IMG/VR virus record: IMGVR_UViG_3300031344_000003
Span: 38,815 to 102,814 of that record
Length of the DNA: 64,000 nt
Source of the DNA: a virus
Lineage: Duplodnaviria; Heunggongvirae; Uroviricota; Caudoviricetes
Reading direction: 5' to 3' (one strand)
Shown: piece after piece, positions 37,568 to 47,246 of the stretch
Position numbering within the stretch: the first letter of the stretch is position 1
Layout of the letters: each line of letters begins with the position of its first letter
Translations under genes and position numbers: made by a program
The notes under the pieces: generated by a model
Seen by the model: the letters and a program-made list of their open reading frames with translations, nothing else
Databases searched by the model: none
What the model was told of the DNA's origin: nothing

Positions 37568-37750
37568 ATGGCCACCAAGCTGCTCTTCACCCAGGTATAT
37601 CACGGATTCGAGGCCTTTGCCGACTACTTTCGTGACGTGCACGAAGCAGTCGATGCCGACTTCAACCCGGCGATGAAGGACATCCCGGGCGAGTTTCAAG
37701 GCAAGGTCACCGTCACAATCACCTACGAACCTGAGGACGACAACACATGA
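37568..37750 (+). CDS. hypothetical small protein
   Basis: Preceded by GATAGAGTAG. Confidence 0.3.
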   Translation: MATKLLFTQVYHGFEAFADYFRDVHEAVDADFNPAMKDIPGEFQGKVTVTITYEPEDDNT

Positions 37751-38316
37751 GCGCGAAGCTGTCAACGGAGAAACTGAAGGAATTGATCGGCACCTGGCTG
37801 GCGACCGATGCGGCCCGACATGACCTGAAGCACCACTCCGACCTCGACAATCCCGACGAGATGACGGTGGATTGGGCCAATGGCGACGTTGAAGTGACGC
37901 GGCTACAATACGTGTGCCGACTGTACGGTGCACCACTCGACTCAACGTTGGTGCAGCTCGAGGAGTTCATCTGGCACATGTGGTGCGATGGTTCGCAGTG
38001 GAAGCGCTGTGAGAAGCGCCAGTTGAAGGACGAGGCCGAGGACACCTTCACACAGGTGGAGTACATCGGCGAGTGGAAAAAGGGTCTGCCTGGCAACCAG
38101 CAGGCACGTCGCACTGTCGAATCGTTCCCGTGCGACCTGATGGGCGAGCACAACCCGGAGCTGGTCACCAAGTTCTTCAATGACCTGAAAGCGGCACAGA
38201 AGTGCATCTATCGCACGTTCGTGCCCAACAACCAGCTCGCCGACAACTACCGTCTCGAAGTGATCACCACACCCGATGACACTGAAGTCGTGGGCTGGTG
38301 GGTGACGGTGGACTGA
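37747..38316 (+). CDS. hypothetical protein
   Basis: ATGA overlap. Confidence 0.4.
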   Translation: MSAKLSTEKLKELIGTWLATDAARHDLKHHSDLDNPDEMTVDWANGDVEVTRLQYVCRLYGAPLDSTLVQLEEFIWHMWCDGSQWKRCEKRQLKDEAEDTFTQVEYIGEWKKGLPGNQQARRTVESFPCDLMGEHNPELVTKFFNDLKAAQKCIYRTFVPNNQLADNYRLEVITTPDDTEVVGWWVTVD

Positions 38317-38317
38317 C

Positions 38318-38533
38318 ATGAGTAAGCAACGCTTTGAAGAACAGGTCGGCATTGAGCTGACGCGCTGTGGCAAGGTGATGCCGCTCGGTGGCAACCTGTC
38401 ACTGCGTGGTGCTGCAGGCGCGACCGAGACGCGGTTGGGTTATGAGTGCAGCAAGTGCTTCCGTCGAGTTGCCGTCGTCAATTGCTGGCCTCCACCGGGC
38501 AACACTATCTACTTGAACGATGAGGAGCCGTGA
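38318..38533 (+). CDS. small zinc-ribbon-like protein
   Basis: C..GK...C.KC pairs. Confidence 0.3.
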   Translation: MSKQRFEEQVGIELTRCGKVMPLGGNLSLRGAAGATETRLGYECSKCFRRVAVVNCWPPPGNTIYLNDEEP

Positions 38534-38862
38534 TGACCGATCGCTTCACCTGGGACTCCGACGGCGTCCTCAACTATGCCTTCACCGGCGCGGCACTTGA
38601 CGAACAATGGTCACGTGAATTGTCACAGATGCATCACTTGTCGTACGATGAGGGCGGTGCCGTCAAGTTCCTGAAGGCGCGCCTGGGCAGGCAGAAGTTC
38701 TGTTGGCAGGGGTCATCTGTTCGCAATTGGGTCTGGGAGGGCGACGATTGGCGTGCCTTCGCCTCGACCCGCGGCGTCTCGTTCGAGGTACGCACGGGCT
38801 CGACGGTTGAACAGGCCTTCGCTGCGTGGCAGGACTTCAAGCGAAAGGTGGGACTAACATGA
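38530..38862 (+). CDS. hypothetical protein
   Basis: ATGA overlap. Confidence 0.4.
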   Translation: MMTDRFTWDSDGVLNYAFTGAALDEQWSRELSQMHHLSYDEGGAVKFLKARLGRQKFCWQGSSVRNWVWEGDDWRAFASTRGVSFEVRTGSTVEQAFAAWQDFKRKVGLT

Positions 38863-39110
38863 TTCACTATAGGTCAGGTGACGTACCCATGGTCGGCGAT
38901 CGGGTGATGATTTCGCCCGAGTCGCCACGCGTTCGAACAGGACGAAGGGCAGCAAAGAGCGAAGGCACCGTAACACAATTGGGTTGTGACTTGTGTGATC
39001 CGATGCCAGACTTAGTCTTCGTCGATTGGGACGATGAGATTGGGTCGACAATGCCGACAAGCGACACCATGTTGAGTGATCTGATTCTAGTGAAGAGAGG
39101 TTCAACATGA
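38859..39110 (+). CDS. hypothetical small protein (GDRV / SH3-like N-terminal motif)
   Basis: ATGA overlap at 38859. N-terminus MIHYRSGDVPMVGDRVMI. Confidence 0.3.
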   Translation: MIHYRSGDVPMVGDRVMISPESPRVRTGRRAAKSEGTVTQLGCDLCDPMPDLVFVDWDDEIGSTMPTSDTMLSDLILVKRGST

Positions 39111-39943
39111 GCATCCTCGTTCTCGACGGCGCAAATTTGCTACACCGCGCCCGCAGTGGCTTTCAATTGGGTGACTTCGCAACCGTCTACAACTTCTTCC
39201 GCCAGCTACGCCCGTTGGTCGACCAATTCAAACCTACGAGGGTCTATATGACACTCGAGGGGGCACCCAAGCGGCAACTGGCGCTGCTCCCGGAGTACAA
39301 GGCCCACCGCATCATCGACGTCACCACTGACGAGGGTGCCAAGAAGCAGGCGTCACTCGTCGACTTTCGCCGGCAGTCTGCGCTGATCGTTGAGCTGGTG
39401 TCCGCACACTTTCCCATCAGCGTCATCCGTCATCCCGATTTTGAGGGGGACGACGTGATCATGTCTATCGTGAACCGTTCGTCGTCAAGTGCTGAGTTCA
39501 TCATTGTGTCGACCGACAGCGACTTCACACAGATGTTGCAGAATGGCGTCGGCAACGTGCGCCTCTACAACCCGGTGACCAAGAAGTTCGTCGAGGCACC
39601 CGTCGATTATTCTTACGTGCTGTGGAAAGCACTACGAGGCGATGGCTGTGACAACATCCCGGCACTGGTCACTGAAGCGAAGGCACTGGAGCTGGTTCAT
39701 GATCCTGAGTCGCTTGAGGGAATGCGCCTGATGCCGGCCTTCGCCGAACAGTTCGAGCGCAACTATAAGCTCATCGCCTTGTGCACGTTGACGGATGCCG
39801 AGGCGATGCAGACGCAGTCGTCTGCGCCCACCCGCGACTGGGACGCGGTGAAGGCCAAGTTTGATGAGTGGGCCTTCAAGTCGCTGACCAAGGACGGCAC
39901 CTGGGACAAATTTGTGGCGACGTTTGAACCCCTGTGGGGGTGA
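39107..39943 (+). CDS. rnh: 5'-3' exonuclease / flap endonuclease (T4 RNase H-like)
   Basis: ILVLDGANLLHRA, EGDDVI, STDSDFTQ, RGDGCDNIPAL match FEN / Pol I 5' exo motifs. Confidence 0.8.
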   Translation: MSILVLDGANLLHRARSGFQLGDFATVYNFFRQLRPLVDQFKPTRVYMTLEGAPKRQLALLPEYKAHRIIDVTTDEGAKKQASLVDFRRQSALIVELVSAHFPISVIRHPDFEGDDVIMSIVNRSSSSAEFIIVSTDSDFTQMLQNGVGNVRLYNPVTKKFVEAPVDYSYVLWKALRGDGCDNIPALVTEAKALELVHDPESLEGMRLMPAFAEQFERNYKLIALCTLTDAEAMQTQSSAPTRDWDAVKAKFDEWAFKSLTKDGTWDKFVATFEPLWG

Positions 39944-39976
39944 CGTCGAGCCCACCTACCCTCAACGGAGTGGACG

Positions 39977-40192
39977 ATGCGACAGTGGCAGCGTGCGATC
40001 GGCTGGTTATGGGCAGCGCCGTTGACGGCGTGTGGCCTGCTCTACGTCAACCTCTTCACCCTGTTGGGTTGGTACCGGCGCCAACAGAAGGTCATCGTCG
40101 ACACCCTCTGGGTTGATACTTATGAGGATGCGATTAAAACTCGGTACGTTGAAACGACTCATCAGGGAGGCTTCGATGGCATCTGCTGTTGA
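39977..40192 (+). pseudogene. truncated paralog fragment of the 40538 gene (N-terminal 35 aa conserved, then diverges and overlaps the next gene)
   Basis: WLWAAPLTACGLLYVNLFTLLGWYRR vs YVWAAPLTLLGLIYVNLFTLLGWYRH. The underlying 72-bp DNA repeat is about 85% identical. Confidence 0.3.
40009..40080. repeat. about 72-bp dispersed direct repeat; second copy at 40579-40650
   Basis: tgggcagcgccgttgacgg...ctacgtcaacctcttcaccctgttgggttggtaccgg vs tgggcagcaccgttgacgc...ctacgtcaacctcttcaccttgttgggctggtaccgg. Confidence 0.6.
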
Positions 40193-40481
40193 TCTGTTGT
40201 CACAATGGGCAAAGAGATACGATTTCGAACCTTCTTCGGGAAAAGAGTGTGAACGCTATCTCGAAGACATGGCAGAAACAGAAATTCCCAAAGTTTGTTT
40301 TTATGACAACAATAGCACAGTTCATGAACCACCGATTGCTTGGGTTGCAGCTGATGATCGGATCATGATCGTCAGCGACGGAAGTGGTCCCACGGGCGTA
40401 TTCTGTCGCGAAGTTTCGAAAGACGAACTTGAAGCGGCACTTCAACCTGACGCGGCGCCAACTGACATCACTCCGGAGTGA
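40122..40481 (+). CDS. small CTS-bearing protein
   Basis: N-terminus MRMRLKLGTLKRLIREAS. Confidence 0.45.
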   Translation: MRMRLKLGTLKRLIREASMASAVDLLSQWAKRYDFEPSSGKECERYLEDMAETEIPKVCFYDNNSTVHEPPIAWVAADDRIMIVSDGSGPTGVFCREVSKDELEAALQPDAAPTDITPE

Positions 40482-40537
40482 TGGACACGTTTACTTCTGA
40501 CCTCTGACGCGCTCGGCGGGCCTACATATCGCAGGAG

Positions 40538-41032
40538 GTGTGTCCCATGTCCAAGGTCACGCAAGTAGCGGGCTACGTTTGGGCAGCACCGTTGACGCTG
40601 CTCGGTCTCATCTACGTCAACCTCTTCACCTTGTTGGGCTGGTACCGGCACCTGGGCACCTTCGGCGATGCACTGGCTTGGGAACCCAAACCGCACTGTT
40701 TGCCGCCGTGGTTGGCACGCCACTGGCACCTACGAGCGGGCCAATCACTGGGTAACGTCGCTGTCCTCAATGTCAACCTCGCCACCCACACGGGTCAATT
40801 GGCACTGCACCACGAGCAGGACTGCATCAGGCAGGCGATGACGTTGGGCCCGCTGTACCCGGTCGCCTATGCCGTAGTGTGGGCAGCGATGAAGGCGGCG
40901 TGCCCGCGGTCGAACCCCCACTTCTCGCACCCGTTCGCCGTCGAGGCACGTCGAGCCGCGGGTCAGCTCATTGACGTTGAGGGTGCCTACGAGAAGCTAC
41001 GGGCACACCATCACCCCGCGAAAGGCGACTGA
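40538..41032 (+). CDS. hypothetical membrane-associated protein
   Basis: Hydrophobic N-terminal helix shared with the 39977 fragment. Confidence 0.4.
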   Translation: MCPMSKVTQVAGYVWAAPLTLLGLIYVNLFTLLGWYRHLGTFGDALAWEPKPHCLPPWLARHWHLRAGQSLGNVAVLNVNLATHTGQLALHHEQDCIRQAMTLGPLYPVAYAVVWAAMKAACPRSNPHFSHPFAVEARRAAGQLIDVEGAYEKLRAHHHPAKGD

Positions 41033-41079
41033 TCGGCCTATTTCGGCCTGAGGTCTTCAGACTGAGGGTATTTAGCGGC

Positions 41080-41331
41080 ATGGCCCGCATTGCCCTGACA
41101 CCTGACCGCCTCAAGCACATCATCAAGGAAGAGCTCGCACAGGCCCCCGTCGCAGGCGCGGGCATCGGCAAGCTACTGAGCGATCTCGTCGGCACCTTCG
41201 AGGCCAAGCTGAGCCAACAGTACCCGGGTGACGTCGTCAAGCGCGAGGCCGCTGATCTCAAGACGCAGATCGAGGCGTTGCTCCGTGCCGCGGTGACCAA
41301 GGTCAAAACCGCACAGGGGAAGGCGTCGTGA
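41080..41331 (+). CDS. small CTS-bearing protein
   Basis: N-terminus MARIALTPDRLKHIIKEEL. Confidence 0.4.
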   Translation: MARIALTPDRLKHIIKEELAQAPVAGAGIGKLLSDLVGTFEAKLSQQYPGDVVKREAADLKTQIEALLRAAVTKVKTAQGKAS

Positions 41332-41918
41332 GGACGTCAGCTGCAGGCATACAATTTATAACGCATGAAGAAGGCGTCGTGCTCCACACTTACAATGATG
41401 TCGGTGGGAAAGCAACGATCGGAATTGGCCACCTGCTCGGCCCGGGTGAGTCGTATCCCAACGGCATCACCCTTGCACAGGCACAGGCCATGCTCGCGAA
41501 CGACCTTGCCCGGTTCGAGGCCGCCATCAGCGGCGGCGTCAAGGTGACGATCACCCAACACATGTTCGACGCGCTCGCCAGCTTTACGTACAACCTGGGC
41601 ACCGGCGCACTCGCCTCCTCTACACTCCTCAAGCTCCTCAACAAGGGTGACTTCGCCGGTGCGGCCGCCCAATTTCCGGCCTGGGACAAGGTCGACGGCG
41701 TGCCCAATGCCGAGATCCTCGGCCGGCGCAAGCGTGAAGCTGCACTGTTCTTGACCCCCGATGCGGCCCACGTCGCTCCCCCGCCCGCGCCGCCTGTTCC
41801 CACCCCTCCCGTGCCGCCGAGTATTCCTGCGGTCCCCGTGGCGCCTCCACCCGCGCCCACCAATGCATTCGCCGACTTCTTTGCGATGATCTTGAGACTG
41901 TTCACCGGAGGCAAGTGA
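41328..41918 (+). CDS. GH24 phage lysozyme (endolysin) with Pro-rich C-terminal extension
   Basis: EGVVLHTYNDVGGKATIGIGH fits the T4 lysozyme catalytic region (E...D...T). C-terminal PPPAPPVPTPPVPP. Confidence 0.8.
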   Translation: MRTSAAGIQFITHEEGVVLHTYNDVGGKATIGIGHLLGPGESYPNGITLAQAQAMLANDLARFEAAISGGVKVTITQHMFDALASFTYNLGTGALASSTLLKLLNKGDFAGAAAQFPAWDKVDGVPNAEILGRRKREAALFLTPDAAHVAPPPAPPVPTPPVPPSIPAVPVAPPPAPTNAFADFFAMILRLFTGGK

Positions 41919-42778
41919 TGACGCAGACATACCGCAAGACGTGGCGACCTGATAGCACCCAACCACTGCCCGCAGGCCAAGCCGCATTCCACGACCTGCC
42001 ACTCGGGGCGGCTAACCTCGCCTCGGTGCTGGCGGCGGGCGCTGCTGTGCCCAATCAGATCGTGGAACAGGGTGGCATCCTCGACCTCAGGCCCCTGTGC
42101 CCACCAATTGACAACCAGTACCAAGTGTCCGACTGCGTTGCCGATGCCACGTGTTCGGCGTTGGAGTTCTGTCAGATCCGCAATGGCCTGCCCTTCGTCA
42201 AGCTGTCACGCCTGTTCATGTACTACAACGCTCGATTGCAGACGCAGGACACCGCCAACGATGCAGGCACCTACATCAGGTTGGCCTTTAGCACTCTCGC
42301 GTCGCTGGGCACCTGTCCTGAGTCCACGTGGGCCTATGACACCTCAATGATCTTCACCCGCCCGTCGTGGGAGAGCTACCGCGAGGCGTATCCCAACAAG
42401 GTCACCAACTTCTACTCGATCAGCCAGCTGTTGATCGCGGCGAACAACATCATCAATCCCAATTCGTTGACGGCCTCCATCAAGCAAGCACTGCAGGCGA
42501 TCCACCCGGTCGTCTTCGGCATGACCGTTGATGAAGGTTACGACAACACGGGTCGCGACGGCATGGTGGCGATGCCGGCATCGAAGCGCATCAGTCCCGG
42601 TGGCCACGCACAGATGATCTGTGGCTACAACGACAACCTACAGCGATGGATCGTCAAGAACAGCTGGGGCACTGGTTGGGGCGACGGGGGATACTGCTAC
42701 GTGCCCTATGCCTACTTGGGTGCGTCCGGCGTCGACGACATCTGGGTGCCGACGCTGGCACCGGGCCAGCGGGCGTGA
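41915..42778 (+). CDS. papain-like (C1) cysteine peptidase
   Basis: Q..SDCVADATCSALEF (Gln-Cys), GGHAQMICGY (His), NSWGTGWGDGGY (Asn-Ser-Trp). Confidence 0.65.
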   Translation: MMTQTYRKTWRPDSTQPLPAGQAAFHDLPLGAANLASVLAAGAAVPNQIVEQGGILDLRPLCPPIDNQYQVSDCVADATCSALEFCQIRNGLPFVKLSRLFMYYNARLQTQDTANDAGTYIRLAFSTLASLGTCPESTWAYDTSMIFTRPSWESYREAYPNKVTNFYSISQLLIAANNIINPNSLTASIKQALQAIHPVVFGMTVDEGYDNTGRDGMVAMPASKRISPGGHAQMICGYNDNLQRWIVKNSWGTGWGDGGYCYVPYAYLGASGVDDIWVPTLAPGQRA

Positions 42779-43110
42779 CACACCTGCTGCGCACCTTCAT
42801 CCACGAGGCATTGCTCCACGAGCTGCGCCGTGACCACAAGTTCATCACCCACCTGCGGACTTCTGGGTTGGGCGAGCCCGGGTCGAAGGAAGGCTTTGAA
42901 GCGCGACGACTGGCGGATGATTGGCTGCGCGACGTGGAATTAGAGCTGGGTCGGCCCCTGCGACCCGCTATCAAGGCAGGCGTCCGCAAGTTCGTCGAGC
43001 GGCGGTGGGCAGGCCTCCGCGCACGTTTCAAGGGCGATGAACAGGCGGCGCAACAAACGCTTTCCAACTTGCTCAATACCAAGTACGTTGACCTGAGGAC
43101 GGGAGACTAA
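42775..43110 (+). CDS. small CTS-bearing protein (GTG start, GTGA overlap)
   Basis: N-terminus VTHLLRTFIHEALL. Confidence 0.35.
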   Translation: MTHLLRTFIHEALLHELRRDHKFITHLRTSGLGEPGSKEGFEARRLADDWLRDVELELGRPLRPAIKAGVRKFVERRWAGLRARFKGDEQAAQQTLSNLLNTKYVDLRTGD

Positions 43111-43111
43111 G

Positions 43112-43612
43112 ATGGGCATCAAGATCTTGCGACACTACACTAGCAGTGCACGGCCTCTCATACAGATCGCGGCGTGGGCAGCCGTCGCCGGCACGGTGAC
43201 GCTGGCACTGGCCACGTGCACGTCGTGTCACAGCACCGGGGTGCTCATCGTGCCCACCAACCCGCCGACCATCACCGATCAATCGGCATGTGCACAGGCG
43301 TGTGGCAACCTCGTGGCACTGGGTTGCGTGGAAGGCACGCCCATCGACACTCACCAGACGTGTAAGGTCGACGCCGACTGCTTGGGAGTGACAGGCGTCC
43401 ACGATGAATATCAGACGTGCTCCGTCGCCTTCACCTGCATGGTCACCTGCGTCAACTTCTGCACCGCGACGGAGAACACCGGCGTGTGGCTCGACCCCAC
43501 GTGTGCGGCCAAGATCACTTCGTGTGACCAACTGAGCACCTGTCCGGGCCCACAGACGGCGGGCACCAGCTGCACCGGCCCGGGCTGCAAGGTGGCGCCG
43601 AGTGGCAAGTGA
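43112..43612 (+). CDS. Cys-rich secreted lipoprotein
   Basis: Signal peptide with LALATC lipobox. 18 Cys in the mature part. Confidence 0.5.
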   Translation: MGIKILRHYTSSARPLIQIAAWAAVAGTVTLALATCTSCHSTGVLIVPTNPPTITDQSACAQACGNLVALGCVEGTPIDTHQTCKVDADCLGVTGVHDEYQTCSVAFTCMVTCVNFCTATENTGVWLDPTCAAKITSCDQLSTCPGPQTAGTSCTGPGCKVAPSGK

Positions 43613-44174
43613 CCGTGACCTGTTGCGGCAATTGATCCGCGAAGTTCTCACCGACTTCAACACCAAGACGCTCGGCAAGGACGGCGTTGCGGGCAACGTC
43701 TTCAACACGGGCCTGACGACGGGCGGTGCGGGTGTGTTGAAGCAGAACGGCAACATCCTCGATGATGAGGATGCCGACGAACAGCACGACGAACAGAGCA
43801 CACAGCGGGCGGCGTGCTGTTTAATCGTGGGCCACGATGGGACAGTGCTGTGCGTGTCACGGAAGGATGATCCCACCGCTTGGGGCATGCCGGGAGGGAA
43901 GGTTGATCCCGGCGAAGACGACGAGACTGCTGCGGGTCGAGAGTTGACGGAAGAAGTGGGCCTGACAGCGACGGCGCTGCACCCGGTCTTCACTATGCGC
44001 GACAGGCAGGGGTTCACAACGACAACATTTGCCTGTGAAGTTGACGGCCAGATCAACACCAGCGAATCGGGCGTCATCAGGTGGGTGCACCCGAGCCTGT
44101 TGTGCAATGATGCCCACTCGCCGTTCGCTGCGTATAATCGGGCCCTGTTTGCCGAGCTGGGAGTGAAAACTTGA
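43602..44174 (+). CDS. NUDIX hydrolase with CTS-type N-terminus (GTG start)
   Basis: N-terminus VASDRDLLRQLIREVL. Nudix box GGKVDPGEDDETAAGRELTEEVGL. AGGTGG RBS. Confidence 0.6.
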   Translation: MASDRDLLRQLIREVLTDFNTKTLGKDGVAGNVFNTGLTTGGAGVLKQNGNILDDEDADEQHDEQSTQRAACCLIVGHDGTVLCVSRKDDPTAWGMPGGKVDPGEDDETAAGRELTEEVGLTATALHPVFTMRDRQGFTTTTFACEVDGQINTSESGVIRWVHPSLLCNDAHSPFAAYNRALFAELGVKT

Positions 44175-44216
44175 ACTGACTTGGGGTAGGATCAGATCTA
44201 AGAGGGTCGTCGCTCC

Positions 44217-44975
44217 ATGAAGTCGATTGTACTGGCAACGTCACTGGCGCTGATCACGGTGGGTTGTGGTGGCACTGCTTCTCCGGGTGGGAGCGCAGCG
44301 CTGTGCGTTCACGACGTCAACCGAGCAACTCCCAACGGTTGGTTGTTGAAGTCGCCTGTCGTGCGCTTCGACTTCTGGGGTTCGTACTGGCAACAATTGC
44401 AACCCGCCGACGTGGGCAGCGACGAGGCACCCACCGTCGACGGTGCACAGGATGAGCTGAACACTTGGGATAGGCTGCTCAACCAGGGACCCATCAACGT
44501 GTTGCAGAGGCTGACCGAGTACGGCATCGGTGCACCCATTATGTCTGACGTCATGGTCATCGACAACGTCAACGTCGTCAACTCCTTCGTCGATGCCACC
44601 GTCGGCGATGAACTCAATGCCGAGATCCAACGTGGCGACATCGCTGCACCCTCCGTTGACGGCGAGACGCTGTACGTCGTGGTGTTGCCGCCCAACGTGC
44701 TGTCGGCATACATGATCGCACAAGGCGCCGGCGGTTACCATTCCTGGGCCACCTACGGCACCACCAAGTATGCCTTCGCCATCGTCAAATTCCGTGATGA
44801 CATAGCCCTTTCACACGAGATCTATGAGGCGGTGACTGATCCGGGCGACGGCTCGGGTTACATTGAACGCAACAGCGGGAAAGAAATCGGTGACTTCTGC
44901 GAGCAATCGAGCGAGATCATCAATGGCTACAACGTCCAGAAGGTGTGGTCACAGGCCGCGTGTCAGTGTGAATGA
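44217..44975 (+). CDS. lipoprotein, function unknown
   Basis: MKSIVLATSLALITVGCGG signal peptide plus lipobox. Confidence 0.5.
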   Translation: MKSIVLATSLALITVGCGGTASPGGSAALCVHDVNRATPNGWLLKSPVVRFDFWGSYWQQLQPADVGSDEAPTVDGAQDELNTWDRLLNQGPINVLQRLTEYGIGAPIMSDVMVIDNVNVVNSFVDATVGDELNAEIQRGDIAAPSVDGETLYVVVLPPNVLSAYMIAQGAGGYHSWATYGTTKYAFAIVKFRDDIALSHEIYEAVTDPGDGSGYIERNSGKEIGDFCEQSSEIINGYNVQKVWSQAACQCE

Positions 44976-45190
44976 GGAGAAATGTGATGAGCGTCAAAGA
45001 AGACTACAGTACTGAACACATGTTGCAACAGGCGGAAGATGACGGCATCGCGGTGACGAGTGTCACTGACCGTCACATGTTCATCTTCACCAAGCGCCAC
45101 GTTGAAGGCCTATTGAAGACGATGGCCGACTCGGGCAACGATAAGTGTATGGTCTTCGTCAAGCGCCCCGTCGCTGGCAACGGCAACTGA
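44972..45190 (+). CDS. hypothetical small protein
   Basis: ATGA overlap. Confidence 0.35.
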   Translation: MRRNVMSVKEDYSTEHMLQQAEDDGIAVTSVTDRHMFIFTKRHVEGLLKTMADSGNDKCMVFVKRPVAGNGN

Positions 45191-45191
45191 C

Positions 45192-45662
45192 GTGAACATC
45201 TTCGTCGTCGATGAAGATCCAATTCTGGCCGCGCGCGACCTGTGCAACAAACACGTGGTCAAAATGTTGCTGGAGAGCGCTCAACTGCTAGTCACCGCTT
45301 TCCCACCCGGGACTACGCGCTACAAGCACACGCACGTCAATCACCCGTGTGCCAAGTGGGTGCGCGCATCATTGTCGAACTATGAGTGGCTGTTGAAGCA
45401 CGCTTGTGAGCTCTGCAATGAATACACGCGGCGTTACGGCAAAGTTCACAAGACCGAGGAAGTGATCGCTTCGCTCGAAGAAGCTCCCACGCTCGATGAT
45501 GTCGGGTTGACGTCCTTCGTGCAGGCAATGCCCGACAAGTACAAGGGACCCAATGCAGTCGCGGCATACCGCGCCTATTACGTCGGTGACAAGGCACGCT
45601 TTGCCAAGTGGGCACCTCGTGCTGTGCCTCCTACGTGGTGGCCTCATGAGGAGACACCGTGA
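45192..45662 (+). CDS. denV: pyrimidine-dimer DNA glycosylase (T4 endonuclease V / DenV family)
   Basis: N-terminus MNIFVVDEDPILAARDLCNKHVVKMLLES parallels DenV [20 protein letters not shown]. C-terminal PPTWW parallels DenV RPTWY. Confidence 0.55.
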   Translation: MNIFVVDEDPILAARDLCNKHVVKMLLESAQLLVTAFPPGTTRYKHTHVNHPCAKWVRASLSNYEWLLKHACELCNEYTRRYGKVHKTEEVIASLEEAPTLDDVGLTSFVQAMPDKYKGPNAVAAYRAYYVGDKARFAKWAPRAVPPTWWPHEETP

Positions 45663-45841
45663 AAAATACGGGCTTCTTTCTCCGCTTTCTTCGTGGGTTC
45701 ACGTGCAAACACGAGTGGGGCAACGTCGTCGAAATCGTTCACGACGAAGGTGACCTCATTCGCGACTGGCTCGGTTCGAGCTACACCAGACACACGTACA
45801 TCTGCAATCAGTGTGGCAAGGAAAAGACATGGACACGTTGA
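45659..45841 (+). CDS. small zinc-finger protein (GTG start)
   Basis: CKHEWG...CNQCGKE. Confidence 0.3.
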   Translation: MKNTGFFLRFLRGFTCKHEWGNVVEIVHDEGDLIRDWLGSSYTRHTYICNQCGKEKTWTR

Positions 45842-46893
45842 CGAAAGAGCCTGGTTTCACCCGTTCACTGCGGGAAGAGTTGGTGCAGGTGTCGCCCGAC
45901 TTTCAGGTTCGGGTGCACCGGCCGGGGGCGTTGTCCGACGCTGAGTTGATGGCACTGACGATGCGGCACGATGCTGACCCGGCGATGTATCACCCGGAGC
46001 CCGTTAATGCCAGTGGAGTATCGATCCTGGGCGACGTCACCCCTGCCGACGAGGCGATGGGCATGAGCGCGATCAAACGCGGTGAAGTTGCCATGGTGGT
46101 ACTGGCGGGCCGGGCCCCCAAGTTGCTTGCCAAGATCCCGGGCGTTGACACCAGCATGCTGGCGTGGAAGCTGATGCAGGGCGGCGACATGCCCGTGTGG
46201 ATCATGGTGGCGCCTGACCAATTGGCGCCGGCGGAGCACCACATCAAGCAATTGGTGCTGTCACCCAACCTCAGGGGCACCCTCTTCACGCAGTTCGAGG
46301 GGTACCGCCTGACACCCGACAATAGGATGGCATGGGTGGCACCGGGGGTGCCCGACTTGGGCCCGTTGGGCAACGGTGACCTGGGCCCGGCACTGCACGA
46401 GGCAGGCATCCTCGCCGAACACCCCAACGTCAAGTGGGTCTTCATCTGCAACGTCGACAACGTCATGGCGTCGCCGCACGAGGGCCTCATCGGCCTTCAC
46501 ATCAGGCACCGGGCACCCATCACCTGTGAGGTCGTCGACCTGCACCCGGACGATCGGGGCGGCGTGCTGGCTCGCGTCGAGGGTTATCGTCAGCTCGCCG
46601 AGGATTGGCGGTTACCGTCAGGTTTTGCGAAGCCGGGCATGTTCTATAGCACTAACACCATGCTCGTCAACGTCGAGGTGTTGCAGACCCACTTTGCATG
46701 GCGCTGGCACCGCATCCGGCGGGAAGTGGGCAATCGACTGGTGGTGCAGCACGAGCGCTTGCTCCAGCAGTACACCGAGGAATTCGGTGCCGTCTACGTG
46801 CGGGTACCGAGGGACATGCGGTACGTGTCGGCCAAGACGACGGCGGGTCTCGAAGAAGCGGGTAAGGCAATCCTACGAACGAGGCACCCATGA
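45829..46893 (+). CDS. UDP-sugar pyrophosphorylase (UDPGP / UTP-glucose-1-phosphate uridylyltransferase family)
   Basis: PLGNGDLGPALHEAG, VKWVFICNVDNVMA and related blocks. AAGGA RBS before ATG 45829. Confidence 0.55.
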   Translation: MDTLTKEPGFTRSLREELVQVSPDFQVRVHRPGALSDAELMALTMRHDADPAMYHPEPVNASGVSILGDVTPADEAMGMSAIKRGEVAMVVLAGRAPKLLAKIPGVDTSMLAWKLMQGGDMPVWIMVAPDQLAPAEHHIKQLVLSPNLRGTLFTQFEGYRLTPDNRMAWVAPGVPDLGPLGNGDLGPALHEAGILAEHPNVKWVFICNVDNVMASPHEGLIGLHIRHRAPITCEVVDLHPDDRGGVLARVEGYRQLAEDWRLPSGFAKPGMFYSTNTMLVNVEVLQTHFAWRWHRIRREVGNRLVVQHERLLQQYTEEFGAVYVRVPRDMRYVSAKTTAGLEEAGKAILRTRHP

Positions 46894-47246
46894 TCCTCTC
46901 ACTCGTCGCTGTCGTGGCGGCATCGGCATTCGGTTCTGTCGTCATCATCACCAAGTCGGCGCTGGCATTCGCCAACGTCTTCGACAAGCGCGAGCGTGAA
47001 GACGACAGTGGCGTGAAGCTGTACCCATTCGAGCACGTGGTCAATGGAAAAACTCGCTGTGTAGTGTGTGGTTACTACGCTAGTAATGCCACTAGTGGCA
47101 ATCCTGCATTGGGACCAGGGGCACCGCGTGCGTGCGAGGATGATACTTGCAGTGCTCGGTGGGATGACATCGCTCACCTTCACATGACGTGTCGTTCGTG
47201 CCGCAGCGCGTGGTTGATGAGGACGGCACCGGCTGACCTCACGTGA
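46890..47246 (+). CDS. hypothetical membrane-anchored Cys-rich protein
   Basis: N-terminal TM. CVVCG...C..C pairs. Confidence 0.4.
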   Translation: MILSLVAVVAASAFGSVVIITKSALAFANVFDKREREDDSGVKLYPFEHVVNGKTRCVVCGYYASNATSGNPALGPGAPRACEDDTCSARWDDIAHLHMTCRSCRSAWLMRTAPADLT

